Origin: Gemmatimonadota bacterium
GTDB taxonomy: Bacteria > Gemmatimonadota > Gemmatimonadetes > Palauibacterales > KS3-K002
Length of the DNA: 53,617 bases
Assembly: GCA_039586795.1 (NCBI GenBank)
Contig: JBDHJS010000023.1
Span: 1-53,617, forward strand
Direction of reading: 5' to 3'
Below, piece by piece: positions 26,386 to 36,992 of this stretch. A program made the translations under genes and the position numbers. The notes beneath the pieces were generated by a model. That model ran no database searches and was not told the DNA's origin. It worked only from the letters and a program-made list of their open reading frames with translations. Position 1 is the stretch's first letter. Every line of letters starts with the position of its first letter.

Positions 26386-27758
26386 TGAATACCGCCTCGT
26401 GGTCCGATCGTCGGGTCGGCGTGTTGGGTCTGGGTCGAAGCGGCCGCGCTGCTACGGTACTGCTTCGGCAAGTGGGAGCCTCGGTCTACGCCAGCGACCT
26501 GGCGGACAACGACGAACTGCATCGTTGGGCGGATGAGATCCGCGGCCCCAGCGTCGACGTTGACCTCGGCGTGCACGACGACTCGAAGCTGGAGAGCTGC
26601 GACCTGGTGGTCATTAGCCCTGGTATCCCGCCGACAGCTGATGTCTTGCAGGCTCCCGGCGTCCGCCAGCTGCCGATCATCTCGGAACTCGAGCTCGCCT
26701 TTGGGTTTCTCGAGGCCCCGGTGATTGCGGTTACGGGAACCAACGGTAAGACGACGACGACGGCGTGGATCGGGTCGATGTTGGAGCGCGCCGGCCTCCG
26801 AGTCGGTGTCGGTGGTAACATCGGTCTGGCGCTATCGGAGATCGTGGCCAACGGCGAGAGCTTGGAATGGGTTGTGGTGGAGGTGAGCTCGTTTCAGCTG
26901 GCTTACACGGAGCGTTTCAAACCGGCCATCGGTGTCTTTCTGAACCTGTGTCCGGACCATCTCGACTGGCATGGGAGCATCGACGAGTACTACGCGGCGA
27001 AAGGGCGCTTCTTCGACAATGCCGATGCGGGCAGCCGCTGGGTGCTCAACGCGGAAGATGAAGGGGTGCTCGATCTGGCCAGGGGTCGCCCCGGAGAGGT
27101 GCTCCACTTCAGGGTTGAATCCGAACTGCAGAAAGCTGAAAGCGGGGCGTTCCTGGCAGGCGGGATGCTGATGATGAGTCGCTCTGGAAGACAGCAGGAA
27201 CTCGTTCCGCGTGAAGAGCTCAAATTGCTTGGCACGCACAACGTGGCGAATGCTCTTGCCACGAGCCTGACGGCGGACCTCGCCCAACTGCCGACCACTG
27301 CGATCCGGGACGGGTTGCGCGAGTTCGAGCCGCTACCACATCGATTGCAGCCGGTACATGAGCGAGACGGCGTCCTGTGGATCAACGATTCGAAGGCCAC
27401 CAATGTCGCCTCTGCCGTGAATGCGCTGAGATCGATGGACCGTCCGGTGGTTCTGCTGCTCGGCGGGCGTGAGAAAGGTGAAAGCTTCGCCAGCCTCGTT
27501 CCGGAGATGAAAGGCCGCGTGCGGTCAGTCATCGCTTACGGCGAGGCCGCGGGCAAGATCGAATCGGAGTTGGGCGGCGAGTTCGATCTACTCAGAGAGG
27601 AAGGCACGTTCGAGGATGTGGTACGCGCAGCGGAGACGACGGCAAACGCCGGAGATGTCGTGCTCCTCGCCCCGGCCTGCGCGTCGTTCGACATGTTTCG
27701 CGACTACGAAGAACGCGGTGAACGGTTTGCCGAACTGGCCAAACGAGAGGTGTCGTGA
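26385..27758 (+). CDS. murD: UDP-MurNAc-L-Ala:D-Glu ligase MurD
   Basis: VLGLGRSG, VTGTNGKTTT, EVSSFQL, PDHLDWH, NDSKATN, LAPACASFDMF. Start placed at the TGATG overlap with mraY. Confidence 0.96.
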   Translation: MNTASWSDRRVGVLGLGRSGRAATVLLRQVGASVYASDLADNDELHRWADEIRGPSVDVDLGVHDDSKLESCDLVVISPGIPPTADVLQAPGVRQLPIISELELAFGFLEAPVIAVTGTNGKTTTTAWIGSMLERAGLRVGVGGNIGLALSEIVANGESLEWVVVEVSSFQLAYTERFKPAIGVFLNLCPDHLDWHGSIDEYYAAKGRFFDNADAGSRWVLNAEDEGVLDLARGRPGEVLHFRVESELQKAESGAFLAGGMLMMSRSGRQQELVPREELKLLGTHNVANALATSLTADLAQLPTTAIRDGLREFEPLPHRLQPVHERDGVLWINDSKATNVASAVNALRSMDRPVVLLLGGREKGESFASLVPEMKGRVRSVIAYGEAAGKIESELGGEFDLLREEGTFEDVVRAAETTANAGDVVLLAPACASFDMFRDYEERGERFAELAKREVS

Positions 27759-28900
27759 GGGATCTCGTCGGTAGCCTGACGGTCGATGCTTATGTCCCGG
27801 CGGCAGGTAGCGCGAGGCGCGATGCCGGCGGCCTGCTCGCCATCACCGTCTTCCTGGTGCTGGTCGGCCTGCTGACGGTATACAGTTCCAGCGCGTTTCT
27901 CGCCCAGACAAGGGGGCTTCCGGATCACTACTTCCTGCGGCTGCAGGCCAGTCGCGCGCTGGTTGGGCTCGTGGCGCTCTACGTGTTGGCCCGGATCGAC
28001 TACCGCATCTATCAGAAGCTCGCCTGGCCGCTCTTGGGACTCACGATCTTTGCCCTGTTGCTGGTGGTGATGCCGGGCACCGATGCCATAGCTCCGCCGC
28101 GCAACGGAGCCCGTCGTTGGCTGGAGCTCGGGGTGAGTATCCAGCCGTCCGAGGCGGCGAAGCTCGTCATGGTAATCTGGGCGGCGGCTCTGGCGGTAAA
28201 GAAAGGCGAGCGCGTGCGCAGCCTGCGTTGGGGACTGGCGGCGTTCGGCATCGTCTACTGCATCGTCGGTTTCCTGATCATCCTGGAGCCCGACCTCTCA
28301 TCCGTCGCATTGATCGGGCTGCTCTGCGCCATCGTGCTGTTCGCGGCTGGCGCGCGCATCGGGCACTTCATACTGCTGGGTCTCGTATCGCTGCCGATTC
28401 TCTGGGAGATGATTCGTTCGGCCAGTTATCGCATGGCGCGTTTGGTCACGTTCCTCGATGCAGGCTCCGACCCGAGTGGAGCGGGCTATCAGTTGAATCA
28501 GTCGTTGATCGCCGTGGGATCGGGCGGTGTCTTCGGTGTCGGCTACGGCGAGAGCACACAGAAGTATCTGCTGCCGGAGCCGCACAACGACTTTGTCTTC
28601 GCGATCATAGCGGAGGAGTGGGGCTTCGTTGGTGCGCTGGCCGTCGTCGGAGCGATCGCGCTGATCGGGTTCCTCGGCTTACGCATCGCGCGTCGCGCGC
28701 CGGACGCGTTCGGTTTTCTGCTGGCGGTGGGTCTGACAGCGCTGATCGTGGTCAGCGCGTTGATACACATGGGTGTAACGATGGGCCTTCTGCCGACGAC
28801 CGGGATCACATTGCCATTTATCAGTTATGGCGGATCGAGTCTCGTGGTTTCGCTCGCGGCGGTGGGGATCTTGTTGAACATAGGAAGTTGGAGAGCGTAG
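27755..28900 (+). CDS. ftsW: SEDS peptidoglycan polymerase FtsW
   Basis: NGARRW, IQPSEAAK, EPDL, GYQLNQS, LPEPHNDFVFAIIAEEWG, LPFISYGGSS. Confidence 0.96.
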   Translation: MRDLVGSLTVDAYVPAAGSARRDAGGLLAITVFLVLVGLLTVYSSSAFLAQTRGLPDHYFLRLQASRALVGLVALYVLARIDYRIYQKLAWPLLGLTIFALLLVVMPGTDAIAPPRNGARRWLELGVSIQPSEAAKLVMVIWAAALAVKKGERVRSLRWGLAAFGIVYCIVGFLIILEPDLSSVALIGLLCAIVLFAAGARIGHFILLGLVSLPILWEMIRSASYRMARLVTFLDAGSDPSGAGYQLNQSLIAVGSGGVFGVGYGESTQKYLLPEPHNDFVFAIIAEEWGFVGALAVVGAIALIGFLGLRIARRAPDAFGFLLAVGLTALIVVSALIHMGVTMGLLPTTGITLPFISYGGSSLVVSLAAVGILLNIGSWRA

Positions 28901-28904
28901 TGAC

Positions 28905-30044
28905 GTGGGCCACCGAGCGATCATCGCTGGCGGTGGTACTGGCGGCCACCTGTATCCGGCTCTCAACCTGGCGGAGGCACTGCAACGCCGTGGCAGGGAC
29001 GATTTCGAAGTGCTGTTGGTTGGTGCAAAGCGAGGGATCGAGGCTCAGGTCCTACCGGAGCGAGATGTCGAATTTCGGCTTCTTGAGTTGGAGCCGATCT
29101 ATCGGAGTCGCGTGTGGCGTAATTGGCGACTGGCTCGTTCGGCCATTACCAGCAGCCGCGAGATTCTGCGTCTGTTCAAACAGTTCGAGCCGGATCTCGT
29201 TGTGGGGACGGGTGGCTATGCAGCAGGGCCGGTCGTTGGTTGGGCGGCAATCAAGGGGCTGCCAACCGCGATTCAGGAGCAGAACAGTTACCCGGGTCTA
29301 ACGACCCGATGGCTGGCTCCCTATGTGGACCAGCTTCACCTGGGATATGAGGAGGCGGTGAGGATGTTGTGGCCAGGTAACAACACGGATGTCACGGTCC
29401 ATGGAAACCCGATTCGGTGGCCGGATCAGAGGCCGCACCCGGACGTTGTGCGCAAGGAGTTCGGGCTCGGTCCGGGACGCGTTGTGTTGATCGTCGGTGG
29501 CAGTCAGGGGGCTACACCGATCAACGACGCCGTGATTACAGCGTTGGGCGCTGTGAAGGGCGGGAAGTCTGCGCCGCTTCCGCCAGACGCACAGCTGCTC
29601 TGGGCTACGGGCCCTGCGCACTTCAAGGAAGTGCGACGACAACTTGAGCGACTTCGTGGCCGGGTCCCGATCCGGACCGTGCCGTACGTGTCGGAGATGG
29701 AACGTGCGTTGAGCATCGCATCGTTAGCCGTCTCACGAGCAGGCGCCCTAGCATTGTCAGAGCTCTGCGCCTGGGGCGTGCCGTCGGTTCTCGTCCCGCT
29801 GCCACATGCGGCGGCCGACCATCAACGGTGGAATGCGCGCTCGCTGGCTGCGGATGGAGCTGCGGTCGTTGTCGAGGAGCGGGACATGATTCGAGATCCA
29901 GGTGAGCTGTGGCGAACCATCGTTCACCTGCTACAGGGGCCGACGCTGCTGGAGCAGATGAGCGCGGCTTCACAGGCGCGAGGCAAGCCTCACGCGGCGG
30001 TCGAGATAGCTAGCGACCTTTGGCGGCTGATGGAGGATCGTTGA
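28905..30044 (+). CDS. murG: Lipid II GlcNAc transferase MurG
   Basis: GGGTGGHLYP, GTGGY, QEQNS, GGSQGA, SRAGA, DHQRWNA. Confidence 0.96.
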   Translation: MGHRAIIAGGGTGGHLYPALNLAEALQRRGRDDFEVLLVGAKRGIEAQVLPERDVEFRLLELEPIYRSRVWRNWRLARSAITSSREILRLFKQFEPDLVVGTGGYAAGPVVGWAAIKGLPTAIQEQNSYPGLTTRWLAPYVDQLHLGYEEAVRMLWPGNNTDVTVHGNPIRWPDQRPHPDVVRKEFGLGPGRVVLIVGGSQGATPINDAVITALGAVKGGKSAPLPPDAQLLWATGPAHFKEVRRQLERLRGRVPIRTVPYVSEMERALSIASLAVSRAGALALSELCAWGVPSVLVPLPHAAADHQRWNARSLAADGAAVVVEERDMIRDPGELWRTIVHLLQGPTLLEQMSAASQARGKPHAAVEIASDLWRLMEDR

Positions 30045-31456
30045 GATATCCCGGGCTTGCATGGCTTACCGAACGCGGGGCGTCGATTCACCTGATGGGA
30101 ATCGGCGGAGCCGGTATGTCCGGGCTCGCTCGGTTGCTGCAGAGCCGTGGTGGGGAGATCAGCGGTTGTGACCGGGAGACGAGCGATGCGACCAGGGAAC
30201 TGGAGGAGGCTGGCATCACCGTGATGAAGGGGCACGACCCCGATCACGTAGCGGATTGTTCGGTGGTGGTCTACACGGCCGCGATTCCCGACGACCATCC
30301 GGAGCTCAACGCGGCCCGGACGCGTGGGGTGCCGGTGGTGAAGCGCAGCAGGGCGCTGGCCGAACTCGTCAACACAGGGGAGTTGATCGCGATCAGTGGT
30401 TCGCACGGCAAGACCACAACAACGGCGCTGACCGCTATGGCATTGGAAGCCGCGGGTCTTGACCCTACGGCTTTGGTCGGCGGGCGAGTGGCGGCCTGGG
30501 GCGGGAACGCGCGAATTGGTGCAAGCGAGTACTTCGTGGTGGAAGCGGACGAGTACGATCGCTCGTTTCTGACGCTTTGGCCCAAGGTGGCTGTCGTCAC
30601 GTCGGTCGAAGCGGATCATCTCGACATCTATCCGAGCTTCGCGGAACTGGAGGAAGCGTTCGATCGATTCGTCGATCAAGTGCCGACCGATGGTACGGTC
30701 CTCGTCTGCATCGATGACGCCGGAGCGCGTCGGCGTTTGGAAACGGCTGGGTCGCGGGGTGTGTCGTACGGATTGGGTGAGGACGCAGACCTGCGGGCCG
30801 TAACGGTTACGCAACAAGCATCGGGCACCCGCTTTGGGGTCCGATGGAAGGGCGAGTCGCTTGGCGACTTCGATCTTGCGCTTCGCGGCCAACACAATGT
30901 CAGGAACGCGCTTTCGGTGATCGGCATCATGCTGGCCCTGGGGCTCGATGCGGGCCTGGCGGCGCCAGCGCTGGCCAGCTTCAGCGGCGTCGAGCGGCGC
31001 TTTCAGGTCATCGGTGAAGTCGGTGGAGTCGTGGTGATCGATGACTATGCCCATCACCCCACCGAGGTCTCGGCGACCCTGGGAACGGCGCGCCGCAGCT
31101 ACTCGGAGCGGAGGTTGGTGGTGGCCTTTCAGCCTCACCTGTACAGCAGGACGGAGGCCTTCGCGGACGACTTCGGCCGTGCGTTGGCCACCGCTGACGT
31201 TCTGTTCGTTGCGGCGATCTATGCGGCACGCGAAGAACAATTACCGGGCGTCACGGCAGAGTTGGTGTCGAATGCCGCGCGAGCTGAGATGCGAGCCGAT
31301 GATGTCCACGACGTCGCCGATCTGGAGCAATTGACGGAAGCCCTGAAGACGGAACTGAGAGCGGGTGACGTGTTCATCACTCTAGGGGCGGGCGACATCT
31401 TCACCGTCGCGCACTCGGTGGCCAGGGATCTTGGGCGGAGCCATGTGGATGCATGA
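30041..31456 (+). CDS. murC: UDP-MurNAc-L-Ala ligase MurC
   Basis: IHLMGIGGAGMSGLA, GSHGKTTT, EADEYD, EADHLD, DDYAHHPTE, FQPHLYSRT. TTG 30041 follows GGAGG. Confidence 0.96.
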   Translation: MRYPGLAWLTERGASIHLMGIGGAGMSGLARLLQSRGGEISGCDRETSDATRELEEAGITVMKGHDPDHVADCSVVVYTAAIPDDHPELNAARTRGVPVVKRSRALAELVNTGELIAISGSHGKTTTTALTAMALEAAGLDPTALVGGRVAAWGGNARIGASEYFVVEADEYDRSFLTLWPKVAVVTSVEADHLDIYPSFAELEEAFDRFVDQVPTDGTVLVCIDDAGARRRLETAGSRGVSYGLGEDADLRAVTVTQQASGTRFGVRWKGESLGDFDLALRGQHNVRNALSVIGIMLALGLDAGLAAPALASFSGVERRFQVIGEVGGVVVIDDYAHHPTEVSATLGTARRSYSERRLVVAFQPHLYSRTEAFADDFGRALATADVLFVAAIYAAREEQLPGVTAELVSNAARAEMRADDVHDVADLEQLTEALKTELRAGDVFITLGAGDIFTVAHSVARDLGRSHVDA

Positions 31457-32336
31457 CGTCCCGATGGCGGGTCATACCCGCTGGAAGATCGGCGGAAACG
31501 CCGAATCGTTCGCGACAGCGAAGTCGATGGACGATTTGCGTGCTCTGCTGGATACGCTCGAGGGTGATGCGGTGCTGGTTCTCGGTAAGGGCGCGAATCT
31601 GCTCATCTCGGATGACGGTCCGGGCGCGCCAGTGCTGATGCTCGATGGCGAGTTCAGAGACTTTGAGCTGCTGGAAGAAACGGTTCGTTGTGGGGCCGCT
31701 GCCCCGATCTCGAGCGTCGTGCAGGCGGCACGACGCGCCGCAAGGGCGGGTCTGTGGATCCTGGAAGCGGTGCCGGGAACCATGGGCGGTGCGTTGCGAA
31801 TGAACGCGGGCACCGCCGATGTGGGGATCTGGGATCGTGCGCTCTGGGCGGATGTCATGTGGCCGGACGGCACAGTCGAGCGGCTGACCAGGGCGGACGT
31901 GCGGCCGGCGTATCGTCGGATCGAGCTCGATGCCAGCGCGATCTTCCTGGCGTCGGAGATCGAAGCTCCCCCGGGCGACGCAGCTGCCGTCGAAGCGGAG
32001 CACGAGCGGCGGCGGAAAGCGAAGCTCGAGGCCCAGGTCTACGACGAGCCGACCTGTGGATCGACATGGAAGAACCCTGACCCGCCTGCACCATCTGCTT
32101 GGGAGCTGATCGACCAGGTGGGAATGCGTGGGGTCGAACGTGGCGGAGCACAGATCTCGACCAAGCACGCGAATTTCATCGTGAACCGAGGCGGAGCGCT
32201 GGCTGACGATGTCATCGGCCTGATGGCCGAAACTCGGCGACGCGTACTGGAAAACTTCGGCATCGCTCTGGAGCCCGAGATCGTGTTCTGGGGATTCGAC
32301 GAAGCGGTTCTGACGCACGTGGGGGCGGCTTCATGA
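31443..32336 (+). CDS. murB: UDP-N-acetylenolpyruvoylglucosamine reductase MurB
   Basis: HTRWKIGGNA, LGKGANLL, PGTMGGALRMNAG, GSTWKNP, KHANFIVN, LEPEI. Exact start uncertain (ORF open from 31431). Confidence 0.93.
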   Translation: MWMHDVPMAGHTRWKIGGNAESFATAKSMDDLRALLDTLEGDAVLVLGKGANLLISDDGPGAPVLMLDGEFRDFELLEETVRCGAAAPISSVVQAARRAARAGLWILEAVPGTMGGALRMNAGTADVGIWDRALWADVMWPDGTVERLTRADVRPAYRRIELDASAIFLASEIEAPPGDAAAVEAEHERRRKAKLEAQVYDEPTCGSTWKNPDPPAPSAWELIDQVGMRGVERGGAQISTKHANFIVNRGGALADDVIGLMAETRRRVLENFGIALEPEIVFWGFDEAVLTHVGAAS

Positions 32337-33085
32337 AGGGTCGTAGCGCGCTACCGAGAGTGGCCTTCGGTCTGGGCCTGCTTGTTCTGGTCGCCGGGAT
32401 ATCGAGTCCCGTATGGGGAAGGGCGATTCTCAAGCGGATCGACTACTTCTCGGTTCGCCAGGTGGAGGTCGTCGGCGCTCGCTGGGCAGCGCCAGATGCG
32501 ATTCTGGATCGCGCCAGCATCAGCAGCAACCGCTCGGTATGGGATGACTACTCGGATGTGGAGCGACGGTTGAGCCGGCATCCACTCGTCGAAGAGGCCC
32601 AGGTTCATCGCTCCGGGTTGCACGGACTGCGGATCGTCATTCGCGAAGTCGAGCCCGTGGCATTGGTCGGGACCCCAGAGCTTCGCGTCGTTCGTGCAGA
32701 CGGAACCGTTCTACCGATCGATCCGGTCGGGCAGTCCTTGAACCTTCCGGTGGTGGTGCAGCGAGCTGACTTGGCAGAAGACTCGACGGAGATCGTTGCC
32801 GGGCCGGCGCTCGAGGCGCTGGGAATCTTCGCGAGAGTCAGGGAACTCGATCCTGGCCTGGCTGAGGTGATATCAGACTTCGGGCTGGTCAACGGTTCGG
32901 GGCTGATGACCAGTCTCGAGGCTTCGCAGCCGGCGAGCCGGCTCGCTCTACCTAGTGCTGTAGATGAAACTCTGTTGCGCAGGATCCGAGCGACACTAGG
33001 TGATCTTCGCAACCGTGGAATCAAAGCTGAACTGGTCGAGGCGCGATTCGCTAATCAAATCGTGGTTCGGAGAGAGAACTCATGA
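32333..33085 (+). CDS. ftsQ: Cell division protein FtsQ/DivIB
   Basis: N-terminal TM, POTRA-like FSVRQVEVVG...HPLVEEAQVHR...IVIREVEPVA; ends EARFANQIVVR; precedes ftsA. Confidence 0.85.
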   Translation: MKGRSALPRVAFGLGLLVLVAGISSPVWGRAILKRIDYFSVRQVEVVGARWAAPDAILDRASISSNRSVWDDYSDVERRLSRHPLVEEAQVHRSGLHGLRIVIREVEPVALVGTPELRVVRADGTVLPIDPVGQSLNLPVVVQRADLAEDSTEIVAGPALEALGIFARVRELDPGLAEVISDFGLVNGSGLMTSLEASQPASRLALPSAVDETLLRRIRATLGDLRNRGIKAELVEARFANQIVVRRENS

Positions 33086-34320
33086 TAGCAACACCGTACT
33101 TGATTGGTGCTCTCGACATTGGTTCGACGAAGACCTGTTCGGTTATCGGCGAACTGGTGCTCGACGGTGATGACACGCCCCAGATAAAGGTGTTGGGCGT
33201 TGGGCAAGTGAAACCAAACGGCATCAGGCGCGACGCCGTCTCCAATATCGAGGAAACGACGGAGGAGATCCGCCAGGCCTTGAGGCAAGCGGAGCTGATG
33301 GCCGGGGTGCAGCCGCGTGGCCTTTATGTAGGGATCAGTTCGGAGTACGTGCAGACGAATGCGTCGAACGGCGTGGTAGCCATCGGGTCGGAAGAGATCG
33401 ACGACGAGGATGTCGACAGGGTCCACGAAGTCGCTCGCGCTGTTGTCGTTCCTCCGGACCGCGAACTGCTGCACGTGATACCTCAGGACTACTCGGTCGA
33501 TCACCGGGGTGGAATACAGCAACCGATTGGCATGATCGGCACACGACTGGAAGCCGATGTGTTCATGGTGCTCGGTTCCGGTCTGGCGGCCCGCAATCTG
33601 AGGAAGACCGTCATGCAGGCTGGCTACGAGGTTACGCAGCTGGTCTTGAATCCGCTGGCGGCGGGCCAGGCCGTTCTGACGCCTGAGGAGCGCGAGGTAG
33701 GTAGCGCTCTGGTGGTGATCGGTGGGCGCACCACCGAGATCGCGGTCTTTCATGAAGGGAAGATCCGGCATGTCGCTGTTGTCCCGTGCGGCGGCGTCAG
33801 CTTCACCAACGATCTGGTCAAAGGCCTGGGGATCCCGTACGCCGAAGCAGAGCGCGCCAAGGAGCGTTACGGCGTCGCGACGACCCGGCTGGTCGATCCC
33901 GAGCAGACGGTCGAGGTACCGGGCCCGGCGCCCGGTGCGCGCAAATACGTACCGCGCGAACTGCTGGCCCATATCATCGAACAGCGCATGGATGAGGTGC
34001 TCACGCTCGTCATGCACGAAATCGAATCAGCAGGGTTCGCGAACCGCCTTGGCGGCGGCATAGTGCTCACCGGCGGCGGCGCCAGCCTCGACGGCACGCT
34101 TGATGTGGCGCAGTCGATCTTCACGATGCCGGTTCGCTGCGGTTCGCCTGGCGAAAGTCTCACGGGTCTGGCCGACTCTGTCCGTCGCCCGAAGTTCGCG
34201 ACGGCCGTCGGCTTGATGCTGTATGGCGTGGAGCAGATCAAGGAAGGTTTGGGAAACGGCCGCGGCTCAACGATGGCTGCGCTGTCAAAGGTCGGCGGTT
34301 GGCTGAGAGAGTTCTTCTAA
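33082..34320 (+). CDS. ftsA: Cell division protein FtsA
   Basis: LDIGSTKTC, GTRLEADV, AERAKERYG, IVLTGGGA, ATAVGL, C-terminal amphipathic WLREFF. Confidence 0.96.
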   Translation: MIATPYLIGALDIGSTKTCSVIGELVLDGDDTPQIKVLGVGQVKPNGIRRDAVSNIEETTEEIRQALRQAELMAGVQPRGLYVGISSEYVQTNASNGVVAIGSEEIDDEDVDRVHEVARAVVVPPDRELLHVIPQDYSVDHRGGIQQPIGMIGTRLEADVFMVLGSGLAARNLRKTVMQAGYEVTQLVLNPLAAGQAVLTPEEREVGSALVVIGGRTTEIAVFHEGKIRHVAVVPCGGVSFTNDLVKGLGIPYAEAERAKERYGVATTRLVDPEQTVEVPGPAPGARKYVPRELLAHIIEQRMDEVLTLVMHEIESAGFANRLGGGIVLTGGGASLDGTLDVAQSIFTMPVRCGSPGESLTGLADSVRRPKFATAVGLMLYGVEQIKEGLGNGRGSTMAALSKVGGWLREFF

Positions 34321-34396
34321 CCTGTTCAGAGACGATAGATGACCATCGAACGTAGACTATTCACTTCAACACTTAAGTAATTGGGAGGGGACGAGG

Positions 34397-35527
34397 ATGA
34401 TACGGTTCGAACTTGCTGAAACGAGCGATCGCAGCGCGAAGATGCGCGTGATCGGGGTCGGCGGCGGCGGCAACAACGCCGTGGATCGCATGATCGAGGA
34501 GGATCTGCCGGGGGTGGACTTCATCGGCCTCAACACCGATGCTCAGGCGCTGGGTAACTGCCGGGCTCCGATGAAGGTCCAGATCGGTAAGAAGCTGACT
34601 CGCGGTCTGGGAGCGGGCGCGCGGCCGGAGATCGGGCGCCAGGCGATTGAGGAGAACAAAGACGATGTAGTGCAAGTAGTAACAGGAGCGGACCTGGTGT
34701 TCGTGACCGCGGGCTTGGGAGGCGGCACAGGCACGGGCGCGGCTCCGGTTGTGGGGCAACTGGCCCGCGAGATGGGCGCTCTCACCATCGCCATCGTCAC
34801 CCGGCCCTTCGAGTTCGAGGGCAAGAAGCGTATGCACCAGGCGGAGATCGGGCTGGCGGAACTTCGCAAGGCGGTGGATACGGTGATCGTCGTGCCGAAC
34901 CAGAGGCTGCTATCCGTGGTTGGCAAGGGGACCAGCTTCCGTGAGGCCTTGAAGAAGGCGGACGAAGTGTTGCTCCAGGCGACGCGCGGGATTTCGGACT
35001 TGATCAGCGTCACCGGAGATGTGAACGTCGACTTCGCCGACGTGCGCACCGTGATGGCGAACCGTGGCCCGGCGCTCATGGGAACGGGGAGCGGCACGGG
35101 CGACAACCGGGCGCAGGAGGCGGCCCAGGAAGCGATCTCGTCGCCGCTGCTGGACGACATCAGCATAGCCGGCGCCAAGGCCGTACTCATCAATATCTCG
35201 GGTGGTACCGACCTGACGATCGATGAGGTGAGCACGGTGAGCACGATGATCCGTGACGCGGCTGGTGATGACGCCGAGATCATCTTCGGCACGGTGCACG
35301 ATCCTACACTCGATGCCGAAATCCGTGTTACCGTTATCGCCACGGGCTTCGAAACGGTGGACAATGGGGCTGCGGTGGCAAAGGAAGAGCGCGTAAACTT
35401 CGGGGCCAGACGGGTAGCCGACCGCACCGCGGCAACACCGGCCGCTCACAAGAAGGTCGTACCCATCGAGGTGACGGACCCTCGAGACCTGGAAATTCCG
35501 ACGTTCATTCGACGTCAGATGGACTGA
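34397..35527 (+). CDS. ftsZ: Cell division protein FtsZ
   Basis: [17 protein letters not shown] tubulin signature, VNVDFADV T7 loop, C-terminal peptide [13 protein letters not shown]. Confidence 0.98.
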   Translation: MIRFELAETSDRSAKMRVIGVGGGGNNAVDRMIEEDLPGVDFIGLNTDAQALGNCRAPMKVQIGKKLTRGLGAGARPEIGRQAIEENKDDVVQVVTGADLVFVTAGLGGGTGTGAAPVVGQLAREMGALTIAIVTRPFEFEGKKRMHQAEIGLAELRKAVDTVIVVPNQRLLSVVGKGTSFREALKKADEVLLQATRGISDLISVTGDVNVDFADVRTVMANRGPALMGTGSGTGDNRAQEAAQEAISSPLLDDISIAGAKAVLINISGGTDLTIDEVSTVSTMIRDAAGDDAEIIFGTVHDPTLDAEIRVTVIATGFETVDNGAAVAKEERVNFGARRVADRTAATPAAHKKVVPIEVTDPRDLEIPTFIRRQMD

Positions 35528-35623
35528 GCAGCCGAGCGATACTGATGTGTGAGACCGAGGGCTGGTGCCAGGTGTGGCTGAACCTGCTACCGCGGACTAT
35601 GATTACCCCTCCCGGAATGCGGA

Positions 35624-36871
35624 ATGGGTAGAGGCCTTCTTTTCTTCGCGCTACTGGTTACCGGTGGCCTGACGCTCATATTGGGGCGCCCGGCCAGCTC
35701 GCAGAAGCGCGTCCCAGAACTGCCAACTATCGTTGTTTCTCGGGGCGAGGCCGAGTCGGTGATTGGGGCGGACACGCTCAAGCGCGGAGAGGTCCTGGCG
35801 CAGGTCCTCGCGCGGCAGTCGCTAAACCAATCAGAGATCGCGGGCGTCGTTGATGTGCTTCGCGAATACATAAATCCGCGAGCCCTCAGGCCGGGTGTCG
35901 CCGTTCAGGTGGAGCGAACGGCCTGGGACAGCGTCACGGAAGTTTTGGTTCGGGTCGATTCCGACAACGAAGTGCGCCTGTTCCAGGATGAGTTCGGGTG
36001 GGCCGGGGAATTGCTGAAGCTCAGCGTCACCATCGATACCCTGGTACTGGCGGGTTCCATCGAGAGCAGCCTCTACAACTCGGTGCTGGCACTCGAGGTG
36101 GGCTCGATGGGCACGCAGGAACGTATCGAGCAGGTGATGTGGGGGATCTATCGACCGTTTCAATGGAGCATCGATTTCGGGATTGACCTGAGGAGAGGCG
36201 ACTCGTACCGGGCGGTGTACGAGAGGCATGTGAGAGCAGACGGGTCAGTCCGCCCGGGCCGGATGCTGGCGGCCGAGTTCACGAACCGGGGAACGACCTA
36301 CCGGGCGTACTGGTTCGAGAAGCGCGGTGAGTACTTCGACGAAGATGGAATGTCGATGAAGAAGGTCTTCCTCAAGGCGCCCGTCGACTTCCGACGGATC
36401 TCATCAAACTTCACGCGGCGTCGTCTCCACCCGAAGTTGGGCATCTACCGCGCACACCTGGGCACCGACTACGCGGCAAACACCGGTACGCGCGCCTACG
36501 CGACGGCGGATGGTACGGTGACCCGAGCCGGTTGGTGGGGTGGCTACGGGCGAATCGTCGAGATCCGCCACGTGAATGGATACCGTACTCGTTATGCTCA
36601 CCTGAGTTTCGTTGCCAAGGGGATCAGAGCCGGCGTCCGAGTCGAACAGGGCCAGCTGATCGGAAACGTGGGGTCGAGCGGTCTTGCTACAGGTCCTCAC
36701 CTGCACTACGAAATGCTCCGCAACGGCAAGCACATCGATCCCCGTGGCGTGAATTTGCCGTCCGGTGAACCGGTCAACCAGGCGGATATGGCGGCATTCC
36801 GCCGCGCGAAAAGTCGGCTCTCGCTGCTGCTGGATCGGGCAGTGGAGCGGAGCGTCAGCCGCGTCGACTGA
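35624..36871 (+). CDS. M23 family peptidoglycan endopeptidase (MepM-like)
   Basis: N-terminal TM/signal; HLGTD (HxxxD), TRYAHL and GPHLHYE (HxH) zinc ligands. Confidence 0.9.
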   Translation: MGRGLLFFALLVTGGLTLILGRPASSQKRVPELPTIVVSRGEAESVIGADTLKRGEVLAQVLARQSLNQSEIAGVVDVLREYINPRALRPGVAVQVERTAWDSVTEVLVRVDSDNEVRLFQDEFGWAGELLKLSVTIDTLVLAGSIESSLYNSVLALEVGSMGTQERIEQVMWGIYRPFQWSIDFGIDLRRGDSYRAVYERHVRADGSVRPGRMLAAEFTNRGTTYRAYWFEKRGEYFDEDGMSMKKVFLKAPVDFRRISSNFTRRRLHPKLGIYRAHLGTDYAANTGTRAYATADGTVTRAGWWGGYGRIVEIRHVNGYRTRYAHLSFVAKGIRAGVRVEQGQLIGNVGSSGLATGPHLHYEMLRNGKHIDPRGVNLPSGEPVNQADMAAFRRAKSRLSLLLDRAVERSVSRVD

Positions 36872-36992
36872 TACAATTCCTTCACTGCCTTCAGTACTGT
36901 CGAATACCACGCACGGTTGCGCTGCATCACGGCTGAGTTCATCCTCAGGGCGTGTCAACTCATTTCACCGTTGTGACTAGCCCGGGAGTGAT

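Noticed and set aside
28117..29301. 394-aa alternative-frame + strand ORF across ftsW/murG
   Set aside because: Arg/Gly/Ala-rich off-frame translation typical of high GC; both overlapped genes are intact.
29990..31240. Long antisense ORFs (416 aa here; also 455-1282, 31401-32318, 33055-34017, 34543-35427, 38967-39725)
   Set aside because: They shadow well-conserved sense genes in GC-rich DNA and contain no recognisable motifs.
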